A DNA stretch of 5,037 bases from a virus (taxonomy: Duplodnaviria > Heunggongvirae > Uroviricota > Caudoviricetes). The notes beneath the pieces were generated by a model that was not told the DNA's origin, made no database searches, and saw only the letters and a list, made by a program, of their open reading frames with translations. Both the position numbers and the translations under genes were made by a program. The stretch is taken from IMG/VR virus record IMGVR_UViG_2667527898_000023; one strand, written 5' to 3'. This document shows positions 1 through 5,037 of this stretch, one piece after another (the stretch's first letter is position 1; each line of letters begins with the position of its first letter).

Positions 1-62
1 GGGTGCGTTGAGGATGCCTGACACATCAGAGGTGGCGAGGGATTTCTCCCCCGCCTGGTCTC

Positions 63-218
63 TTACTCCTCAGGTTCGTAAGCTGTGAAGACAGCGACCT
101 CCGTCTGGCCGGTTCGGATTCGTACCTCGCAGAGGTCTTTCCTCGTTACCAGTGCCGTCACTATGACGGTTAAACAGATGACGATCAGGGCGATTAACAT
201 CGCCTTTTGCTGCTTCAT
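63..218 (-). CDS. hok: Hok/Gef-family small membrane toxin (51 aa)
   Basis: Translation MKQQKAMLIALIVICLTVIVTALVTRKDLCEVRIRTGQTEVAVFTAYEPEE has the Hok/Gef signature (hydrophobic helix, LTRK.LCE motif, TGQTEVAVF); from memory it is near-identical to E. coli HokD/RelF. ATG at 216-218 (reverse strand). Confidence 0.8.
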   Translation of the reverse strand: MKQQKAMLIALIVICLTVIVTALVTRKDLCEVRIRTGQTEVAVFTAYEPEE

Positions 219-275
219 AGCCTGCTTCTCCTTGCCTTTCGGCACGTAAGAGGCTAACCTACATGTGTTCAGCAT
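63..275 (-). CDS. mok: Mok-like in-frame upstream extension of hok (70 aa reading frame)
   Basis: ORF begins MLNTCR...KEKQAM and continues in frame into Hok; this matches my recollection of chromosomal Mok proteins (MLNTCR... start, Hok fully contained). Function is translational coupling, not an independent protein. Confidence 0.5.
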   Translation of the reverse strand: MLNTCRLASYVPKGKEKQAMKQQKAMLIALIVICLTVIVTALVTRKDLCEVRIRTGQTEVAVFTAYEPEE

Positions 276-455
276 GGATTGAGCCTCAGATTAATGTTAA
301 GCGTCTTGCAGGACGCGTAATGTTAACTGGGGCTTTTCTCTATCTGCCTTTTGGTGTTCATGCCTGAGGCAGATAGCCTCAAGCACCCGCAGCAATTCTA
401 CTTAACTCACGTCACCTCGCCAATATGAAATCAATCAGAAAGGTGATCCATAAAA
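219..455 (-). promoter_or_regulatory. hok mRNA 5' leader region; candidate site of antisense Sok-like RNA on + strand
   Basis: 237-bp non-coding stretch upstream of hok on the coding strand, with a hairpin GCGTC-TTGCAG-GACGC (301-316) flanked by direct TAATGTTAA repeats, and a 9-bp inverted repeat CTATCTGCC/GGCAGATAG (348-376). A weak + strand promoter-like pair TTGCCT(232-237)-17-TAACCT(255-260) could drive an antisense RNA. Structure seen; function inferred from hok/sok paradigm. Confidence 0.3.
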
Positions 456-1142
456 TCACTCCTTCTCTTCTTTTCCGTAGTGGAGTTGGCCAATTTTGAT
501 AAGAGGGCGTCCCTGAGATTTGCGGTGTAGATTGGTATCGCGCAGAGAATACACACAGCCACAATATTCCTGCTGATAGAATTTTTCGCGCTTGCTGATT
601 TCAATCATACGGGACGAGCCGCCCTGCTTGCGCCAGTTATAATCCCAGTATACCATACCCGGATAATGCGCAACAGCTCGCCGCCCACACTCGTTAACCT
701 GCTGCATATTTTTCCAGCGCGAAATGCCCAGTGAACTGCTGATCACACTGAAACCATTTTCAGCAGCGTACAACGCTGTCCGCTCAAAACGCATGTCAAA
801 ACACATGGTACAACGGATCCCCCTCTCAGGCTCCCATTCCATTCCTTTGGCACGTTCAAACCAGTTGTCGGTGTCGTAATCAGCATCGATAAACGGCACG
901 CCGTGTTGTTCAGCAAAGCGAATATTTTCATCCTTACGAATTAAATACTCTTTCTGAGGATGAATGTTCGGGTTGTAGAAAAAGATGGTGTAGTCGATTC
1001 CCGAGGCCTGAAGCGCCTCCATCACTTCACCGGAACATGGAGCACAGCAAGAGTGCAGTAGTAGTTTGTTTGCCCCGTTTGGGAGCTCCAATTTAGGCCG
1101 TTTGAAATCAGCAATAGTCATAAATATTTTTATTGGGGTCAT
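456..1142 (-). CDS. DUF208/QueH-like protein (putative epoxyqueuosine reductase-family Fe-S enzyme), 228 aa
   Basis: Translation contains [14 protein letters not shown] near the N-terminus plus later cysteine pairs ([18 protein letters not shown]), matching my recollection of the QueH (DUF208) cysteine signature. No Shine-Dalgarno before ATG 1142 or the alternative ATG 1121, so the start is uncertain. Confidence 0.55.
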   Translation of the reverse strand: MTPIKIFMTIADFKRPKLELPNGANKLLLHSCCAPCSGEVMEALQASGIDYTIFFYNPNIHPQKEYLIRKDENIRFAEQHGVPFIDADYDTDNWFERAKGMEWEPERGIRCTMCFDMRFERTALYAAENGFSVISSSLGISRWKNMQQVNECGRRAVAHYPGMVYWDYNWRKQGGSSRMIEISKREKFYQQEYCGCVYSLRDTNLHRKSQGRPLIKIGQLHYGKEEKE

Positions 1143-1295
1143 GAAAATAGCACAGAGTGTAGCATCAGAGCAGGGCTATCGGGAATATATGTCTAAATCT
1201 GGTAATATCTGGTTTTGACGCAAAGCGGACAACCACGCTGGCTCTACCCTGCGCCATGAAAATGTCAATTCACATCTGAACTAATGCTCTTTAAT

Positions 1296-1721
1296 CTAGT
1301 AACGTCTAAAATACCTAACATTTCCTTGATAAAATGCCAGTACACTCTGCATAGCTTCGCTCTTCCGGCACTCGCGACAGATTATATTCAGACGCCTGTC
1401 GTAGCGGCGTATTTCGCCGTCTGGTAACGACCAGATAAGGTCCGGATCAACCACTGCAGGTTTCTTCACCTTTGCCCTTGAGAGTTTTTTGCGGGCATTT
1501 TGCCAGTCCTTACGCGCCTGTTCAGACGGGAATAATCCGCAGCCGGAGTTGTATACATCGCCACTGGCTACCAGTTCTCTGGCAAGAACGCTCATCAGAT
1601 ATCTTGTTGCCCCAGTTTTAGCTTCCAGTTGTCGTAACGTCTCGCGCCCACTCTGGCGTACGAGTTCAACAACCTGCCCTTTAATTTTTTCCCGCTCTTC
1701 TTGTGTAAAAACTTTTGCCAC
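1296..1721 (-). CDS. Hypothetical prophage protein, possible N-terminal helix-turn-helix (141 aa)
   Basis: ORF with GTG start at 1719-1721 preceded by strong SD (caGGAGGgcttGTG on the reverse strand). Segment GRETLRQLEAKTGATRYLMSVLAREL looks HTH-like. Family not recognised. Confidence 0.5.
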   Translation of the reverse strand: MAKVFTQEEREKIKGQVVELVRQSGRETLRQLEAKTGATRYLMSVLARELVASGDVYNSGCGLFPSEQARKDWQNARKKLSRAKVKKPAVVDPDLIWSLPDGEIRRYDRRLNIICRECRKSEAMQSVLAFYQGNVRYFRRY

Positions 1722-1761
1722 AAGCCCTCCTGAAAATTACCTCATGACCAGAAATTAACAC

Positions 1762-2844
1762 TTACCCCCTGAAGCCCGGCGGAATTTCGTTATCCGGTTC
1801 AGAAATATGATTCACACAACGCTGGTTGTTCGTGCCGCTTACCGGGAGCAACCAGGGGTTCTCAAAATTCCGGTCCGGTCCAAAAAACGTCGTCGCTCGC
1901 TGAACAAATTCCGTTCCCGTTTTCCCGGTAGCCGCCAAGTATCTTGCGTAACGCCTCACGCCATCCAGCATGGCTTCTGGTGGCACCCCCTCGCGTAATC
2001 TGGCCTTCCAGGCACTGAAAGCGGATTTCTTCGGGTTTGCTCCGGCACGCAACGGGTACTCCCGCCAGACCTGTTCGAACACATCCGGATAATCCACTCG
2101 TCCCACAGACTGCCCGGTGTTTTCCGGGACTACCCGATCGGCTTCCCGCTGAATGGCGGAATCGGCTTCGGGCTGCTGCAGTTGGTGTGATTGCTCCGGC
2201 CTTGCGGTCATCACCTGCTGCACAGCGCCCGAATCGGCTTTCAGCGCATACGCTGAATCGGCTTCCGGTGTCGTGCCTGCTGGCTGACCAAGATTGACGG
2301 TCTGAACATCCCCTGCCTGGTTCGTGGCGTTTTTTACGCCATGGACCATAGTGTTTTGATCTTCTTGATCTGTATCTTTATCTGTATCTTTATCTGTATC
2401 TTTATCTGTCGTGACTCGTCGTGACATGTGCGTGACATTTCGTGACGCGCCGTGACAATCGCCATTTTGTTCCCGCTTTCTTTCCCTCTCTCGCTGCGCC
2501 CTCTTGCGCTCTGCAGGAGATTTTGCGGTTTGCGAAATATTGCCGTTGTCCTCTTTAAGCACCTGGCGTTTTTCCCATCCAGTGATTAAATCACCATCAA
2601 GTACCCGCCCCTGCATCGTCTGCAAAATTGAATCAATTACCTCTTCTGTCACGTCGAGCGCACTTGCCAAATCTTCTGTCGTGACATCAATGTGACCTCG
2701 CGTGACATTTCGTGACGCGCTCACCAGGAGGTGGATATACACTGCCATCACTGTTGCAATTGGCTGCCCTGACACTCTGGCAATTGTTCGCCACTTAGGG
2801 TCATTTGGCATGTCATGCCATAATCTGAGCCAGGCGTTAGCCAT
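1762..2844 (-). CDS. Phage replication initiation protein, YdaU/DUF1376-like, with repeat-rich central linker (360 aa)
   Basis: N-terminus MANAWLRLWHDMPNDPKWRTIARVSGQPIATVMAVYIHLL resembles the DUF1376 N-domain; C-terminus has FEQVWREYPLRAGANPKKSAFSAWKARL...FFGPDRNFENPW, a W/K-rich motif typical of phage replication-organiser proteins. Position (third gene after cro-like and YdaT-like) matches the Rac ydaS-ydaT-ydaU order. Start chosen at ATG 2842-2844 with SD GAGGTGA 2 nt upstream; an in-frame GTG at 2848-2850 is the ORF-track start. Confidence 0.65.
   Translation of the reverse strand: MANAWLRLWHDMPNDPKWRTIARVSGQPIATVMAVYIHLLVSASRNVTRGHIDVTTEDLASALDVTEEVIDSILQTMQGRVLDGDLITGWEKRQVLKEDNGNISQTAKSPAERKRAQRERERKREQNGDCHGASRNVTHMSRRVTTDKDTDKDTDKDTDQEDQNTMVHGVKNATNQAGDVQTVNLGQPAGTTPEADSAYALKADSGAVQQVMTARPEQSHQLQQPEADSAIQREADRVVPENTGQSVGRVDYPDVFEQVWREYPLRAGANPKKSAFSAWKARLREGVPPEAMLDGVRRYARYLAATGKTGTEFVQRATTFFGPDRNFENPWLLPVSGTNNQRCVNHISEPDNEIPPGFRG
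2137..2265. repeat. Four dispersed copies of ATCGGCTT(C/T) at 24/72/24-bp spacing
   Basis: Copies start at 2137, 2161, 2233 and 2257 on the + strand. On the coding strand they give protein repeats (PEADSA..KADSG..PEADSA..READR) in the initiator linker. Confidence 0.8.
2369..2409. repeat. Tandem 12-bp repeat TCTGTATCTTTA x3 plus partial copy (AT-rich)
   Basis: Perfect copies at 2369-2380, 2381-2392, 2393-2404, partial 2405-2409; encodes DKDT repeats on the reverse strand. Two GATC sites (2358-2361, 2367-2370) lie immediately upstream. Confidence 0.9.
2410..2456. repeat. Iteron-like array A: five direct CGTGAC hexamers phased about 10 bp apart
   Basis: CGTGAC at 2410, 2420, 2431, 2441, 2451 (spacings 10, 11, 10, 10 bp, about one helical turn). 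Directly abuts the AT-rich tandem repeat. Confidence 0.85.
2675..2720. repeat. Iteron-like array B: CGTGAC/TGTGAC hexamers at about 10-bp phasing; includes 21-bp perfect copy of array A
   Basis: Hexamers at 2680, 2691 (TGTGAC), 2701, 2711; 2700-2720 is identical to 2430-2450 (GCGTGACATTTCGTGACGCGC), and TCTGTCGTGAC recurs at 2405-2415 and 2675-2685, both exactly 270 bp apart. An inverted GTCACG copy sits at 2648-2653. Confidence 0.85.
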
Positions 2845-2914
2845 ACTCACCTCTTCTGATACCGAATCTTTTACTCACGAGTTGCCGGAAGCGATTCGAT
2901 ATGGCTATTATCAC

Positions 2915-3340
2915 TCAATGCACTGCCACAGCATTTCCTGCCGGGCCACCACGGTTCATCTGATTGAAACCGGCGATTGCCACTGCGACAAAATCATCAG
3001 CGTCTCTCACCAGTCGCTCCCGCGTCTCCACTAGTTCCCGAAAATAGGCTGAGCTATGACTGCGCATTCGGGCCACCAGCAGAGGTGGCATTGCTTTTTC
3101 GATAGCTGGTAACAACGCCTGAATTTTTTCAACTGCATCAGGGGTGTCTTTCTCTATCCAGCGGAAAATTTTCTGGGTATTGCGAGCCAGGGCTTCCGGA
3201 TGGCTGTCGTCGTACAGTTCAGGAAACGTCATACCCAACTCAAAATAAGCCTGGGTTATTCCAGCTGCCGGAACTTTTTCGCCATCAGGACGCGCCCAGG
3301 CATTCATCGCCATGCGGATGTGTTCATGCTTGATTTTCAT
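2915..3340 (-). CDS. YdaT-like protein (CII-like candidate of Rac-type prophages), 141 aa
   Basis: Starts MKIKHEH, which I recall as the YdaT N-terminus; second gene of the cro-side operon. ATG 3338-3340 has a G-rich SD (AAGGGGGG) upstream and overlaps the end of the cro-like gene by 17 nt. The ORF-track start at 3412 lies inside the cro-like gene and is less likely. Confidence 0.55.
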   Translation of the reverse strand: MKIKHEHIRMAMNAWARPDGEKVPAAGITQAYFELGMTFPELYDDSHPEALARNTQKIFRWIEKDTPDAVEKIQALLPAIEKAMPPLLVARMRSHSSAYFRELVETRERLVRDADDFVAVAIAGFNQMNRGGPAGNAVAVH

Positions 3341-3566
3341 GAATCCCCCCTTGGTTAGAAGGCGGATTATGATCAGAACCGGGAATGACAACCGTCGGTA
3401 TGTGTAACTCATATTTGAGCGCCCCGGCAGTGACTGCCTGAATTAGCAACGCCCATTTCCACGGAACCTCTTCCCCCCACATGCTGACTGTGGTTTTTGA
3501 CGTTCCTAGAGCTGCGGCTGTTTTAACAACTCCGCCAAAATAGCCTAATACTTCTGATTTTTTCAT
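3324..3566 (-). CDS. Cro-like / YdaS-like small HTH regulator (80 aa)
   Basis: First gene of the leftward operon, divergent from the CI-like repressor; contains HTH-like VVKTAAALGTSKTTVSMW. Start at ATG 3564-3566 with SD GGAG 6 nt upstream; the longer ORF-track start (3614) lacks an SD. Confidence 0.65.
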   Translation of the reverse strand: MKKSEVLGYFGGVVKTAAALGTSKTTVSMWGEEVPWKWALLIQAVTAGALKYELHIPTVVIPGSDHNPPSNQGGIHENQA

Positions 3567-3657
3567 GAGTCGCTCCATAAAACTGAACGCCAAAAGTTTA
3601 ATAATCAAAACCAAAGAAAGTCAAGAAACAAAACCATCTGTGTTTTAAAATCAAAAC
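3567..3657. promoter_or_regulatory. Divergent switch region (PR-like and PRM-like promoters, repeated candidate operator motifs)
   Basis: 91-bp AT-rich intergenic region between divergent cro-like and cI-like genes. Three direct CAAAAC(C/A) motifs at 3606, 3629, 3652 (23-bp spacing). Reverse-strand promoter TTGACT (3623..3618) -18- TAAACT (3599..3594). Forward-strand -10-like TAAAAT (3646-3651) placed so transcription would start at or near the cI ATG. Confidence 0.5.
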
Positions 3658-4296
3658 ATGAGCAAGCAAACAATATCTGAACGCATAACCCAACGTATGC
3701 ATGCGCTAAACCTGAAAGGCAAAGACCTTGTCAATGCCACTGGCGCATCAAAAGGCTCCGTAAGTCAATGGATGAACGGTGGAGGAGCGCCGTCCTCGCG
3801 TTACATAAGTTCACTGGCAAAAATATTGAAAGTAAACGAAAATTGGCTTCTTAATGGAGGAGAGTTAAATACAGGTGATTCGCTTGATCTATCTTTACCG
3901 CCGATAAAAACGGTTCCGCTACTATCACTTCAGCAGGCAGCAAGCTGGAGTGATTATATGAAAAATTCCTCAATAACCTCTTGTGTGCAGCTTGTCGGAG
4001 AAATCCCGGCCAATACCTTTGCAGTTGTTCTAGAGAGTGACAGTATGTCAACATCTGGTGGGGGAGTTTCCATCCCAAATGGTTCAACAGTTTTTGTTGA
4101 TCCCGATCGAACCGTACAACCAGGAAATATTGTCCTTGCCTTACCCAAAGGGACCACAACACCTGTCATTCGTAAACTGGAGATAGAAGGGCCGGATATT
4201 CTTTTAGTCCCCACGAATCCTCGCTACCCTTCAATTATGCTGGATGATCTATCTTGCATATTGGGCGTATGCTTTAAAATTCAACAAGATATTTAA
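3658..4296 (+). CDS. CI-like phage repressor: N-terminal HTH (XRE-like) plus C-terminal S24 (LexA-like) peptidase domain, 212 aa
   Basis: N-terminal HTH-like region (GKDLVNATGASKGSVSQWMNG); C-terminal domain has the Ser/Lys dyad context ESDSM (Ser129) and VIRKL (Lys173), 44 residues apart, as in LexA and lambda CI. Divergent from the cro-like gene. No SD before the ATG. Confidence 0.85.
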   Translation: MSKQTISERITQRMHALNLKGKDLVNATGASKGSVSQWMNGGGAPSSRYISSLAKILKVNENWLLNGGELNTGDSLDLSLPPIKTVPLLSLQQAASWSDYMKNSSITSCVQLVGEIPANTFAVVLESDSMSTSGGGVSIPNGSTVFVDPDRTVQPGNIVLALPKGTTTPVIRKLEIEGPDILLVPTNPRYPSIMLDDLSCILGVCFKIQQDI

Positions 4297-4324
4297 CCGA
4301 CCTCATCTATTTGATTAACTGTAT

Positions 4325-4341
4325 GCCATCGTGGTGATGGC
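4325..4341 (+). terminator. Hairpin downstream of cI-like gene (possible weak terminator)
   Basis: Perfect 6-bp stem GCCATC/GATGGC with 5-nt loop GTGGT, 29 bp after the cI stop; no U-tract follows directly, so terminator function is doubtful. Confidence 0.2.
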
Positions 4342-4380
4342 TTAACAGCTGCCTGCTTAAAATGTTTTGATAAAAAAACA

Positions 4381-4409
4381 TTGACCTGAAAAGTTCATTT
4401 TTCTAAACT
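4381..4409 (+). promoter_or_regulatory. Candidate sigma70 promoter for downstream small genes
   Basis: TTGACC (4381-4386), 17-bp spacer, TAAACT (4404-4409), preceded by an A-rich tract. It lies about 180 bp upstream of the next start codon. Confidence 0.3.
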
Positions 4410-4588
4410 TCATTCATTCCCTCTCCCCACCCCACAGAATGCAGGGCAATACTTCGAGTTACCAGGCAGTGGTCAGGGGTTAAGTAGCCAGCCCGAGGCG
4501 TAAGAACATGACGGCAGGGTTCAACTTTAATAACTATGCAGCAGGTTTTTGTTCCGCTACCCCGGCGTTAAGGGGAAATGAGGTCAGC

Positions 4589-4744
4589 ATGGATACTATC
4601 GATCTTGGCAACAGCGAATCTCTGGTATGTGGCGTGTTCCCCAACCAGGACGGTACGTTCACCGCGATGACGTATACCAAAAGCAAAACGTTTAAAACCG
4701 AAAATGGTGCCCGTCGCTGGCTGGAAAGAAACTCAGGTGAGTGA
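4589..4744 (+). CDS. Small prophage protein (51 aa), YdaF/DUF1391-like by recollection
   Basis: ATG 4589 preceded by SD GAGG (5-nt spacing); product MDTIDLGNSESLVCGVFPNQDGTFTAMTYTKSKTFKTENGARRWLERNSGE. The longer ORF-track start at 4508 has no SD. I recall a similar small protein next to racR in the Rac prophage, but the name is uncertain. Confidence 0.5.
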   Translation: MDTIDLGNSESLVCGVFPNQDGTFTAMTYTKSKTFKTENGARRWLERNSGE

Positions 4745-4745
4745 T

Positions 4746-4820
4746 ATGGATTTTGACACAATCATGGAAAAGGCTTACGAAGAATACTTCGAAGGCCTTG
4801 CCGAAGGCGAAGAAGCTCAC
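4746..4820 (+). pseudogene. Small prophage gene disrupted by IS1 after codon 25
   Basis: ATG 4746 with SD AGGTGA upstream, 1 nt after the previous stop. Native reading MDFDTIMEKAYEEYFEGLAEGEEAH ends where the IS1 inverted repeat begins (4821); the ORF-track ORF 4704..4901 is a chimera reading into IS1. Confidence 0.5.
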
Positions 4821-5037
4821 GGTAATGACTCCAACTTATTGATAGTGTTTTATGTTCAGATAATGCCCGATGACTTTGTCATGCAGCTCCACCGATTTTG
4901 AGAACGACAGCGACTTCCGTCCCAGCCGTGCCAGGTGCTGCCTCAGATTCAGGTTATGCCGCTCAATTCGCTGCGTATATCGCTTGCTGATTACGTGCAG
5001 CTTTCCCTTCAGGCGGGATTCATACAGCGGCCAGCCA
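4821..5037 (-). mobile_element. IS1 insertion sequence, partial (right end with terminal inverted repeat); continues beyond window
   Basis: 4821-4843 GGTAATGACTCCAACTTATTGAT is the IS1 right inverted repeat; the reverse complement of 4821-5037 matches the 3' terminal about 217 bp of IS1 as I remember it. Confidence 0.93.
4836..5037 (-). CDS. insB: IS1 transposase InsB, C-terminal part (partial, 5' end outside window)
   Basis: Reverse-strand translation ends ...[53 protein letters not shown] with stop TAA at 4836-4838 inside the inverted repeat, as in IS1. Confidence 0.9.
   Translation of the reverse strand, partial: GWPLYESRLKGKLHVISKRYTQRIERHNLNLRQHLARLGRKSLSFSKSVELHDKVIGHYLNIKHYQ

Noticed and set aside
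34-55. GC-rich hairpin GGCGAGGGA-TTTC-TCCCCCGCC just downstream of hok as an intrinsic terminator
   Set aside because: Stem is good (9 bp, one mismatch) but no U-tract follows on the hok-coding strand; it may instead be part of the hok mRNA 3' fold-back structure, and the window edge prevents further assessment.
63-455. Identification of this locus as K-12 Qin hokD/relF with relBE
   Set aside because: No RelE/RelB-like ORF is present upstream of hok; the neighbouring gene is QueH-like, so the K-12 context does not apply even though the Hok sequence is similar.
743-931. Minus-strand ORF 743..931 (62 aa)
   Set aside because: Nested in another frame of the QueH-like gene; no independent support.
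1143-1295. Internal promoter in the 153-bp gap before the QueH-like gene
   Set aside because: Only weak -35/-10 candidates on the minus strand (for example TACACT without a good -35); insufficient to call.
2078-2092. DnaA box near GGATAATCCACTCG
   Set aside because: ATAATCCAC does not match the TTATNCACA consensus well enough and occurs once; not reported.
2369-2720. CRISPR array
   Set aside because: Repeats are 6-21 bp, lie inside a protein-coding gene, and lack regularly sized unique spacers; they fit iterons or coding repeats, not CRISPR.
1489-3034. Plus-strand ORFs 1489..1758, 1807..1998, 2037..2297, 2504..2695, 2702..3034
   Set aside because: All lie antisense within or across longer minus-strand genes with recognisable protein features; they have no SD support and low-complexity translations, so they are likely spurious.
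3851-4214. Minus-strand ORFs 3851..4162 and 3954..4214
   Set aside because: Antisense to and fully inside the CI-like repressor gene, which has clear HTH and S24 features; they are likely spurious.
4508-4761. Longer 78-aa start at 4508 for the small + gene and antisense ORF 4534..4761
   Set aside because: ATG 4508 lacks an SD whereas ATG 4589 has GAGG at ideal spacing; the antisense ORF overlaps two SD-supported + genes.
4704-4901. ORF 4704..4901 (65 aa) as an intact gene
   Set aside because: Its 5' part overlaps the previous gene in another frame and its 3' part is IS1 sequence; the real unit is a gene starting at 4746 that is truncated by IS1 at 4821.

Overview
This window reads as the immunity and early-replication region of a lambdoid, Rac-like prophage from an enterobacterium (Escherichia/Shigella-like, judging from an IS1 copy and a Hok/Mok toxin). 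A CI-like repressor (3658..4296, +) faces a leftward operon across a 91-bp switch region. That operon encodes a Cro-like protein, a YdaT-like protein, a large replication initiator (YdaU/DUF1376-like), a small HTH-like hypothetical, a QueH-like (DUF208) Fe-S protein and a hok/mok toxin locus. The central linker of the initiator gene carries several repeat families (phased CGTGAC hexamers, a 21-bp perfect duplicate 270 bp apart, a 12-bp tandem AT-rich repeat, and ATCGGCTT repeats), which I interpret as an origin embedded in the initiator gene, as in lambda ori within O. Right of the repressor lie two short genes, the second cut after codon 25 by an IS1 element that runs off the window edge. All protein-family calls are from reading the translations by eye and from memory of family signatures; no searches were run. 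The most unusual items are the embedded ori-like repeat architecture and a QueH-like gene sitting between replication genes and a Hok toxin. I cannot establish from sequence alone whether any of it is undescribed.
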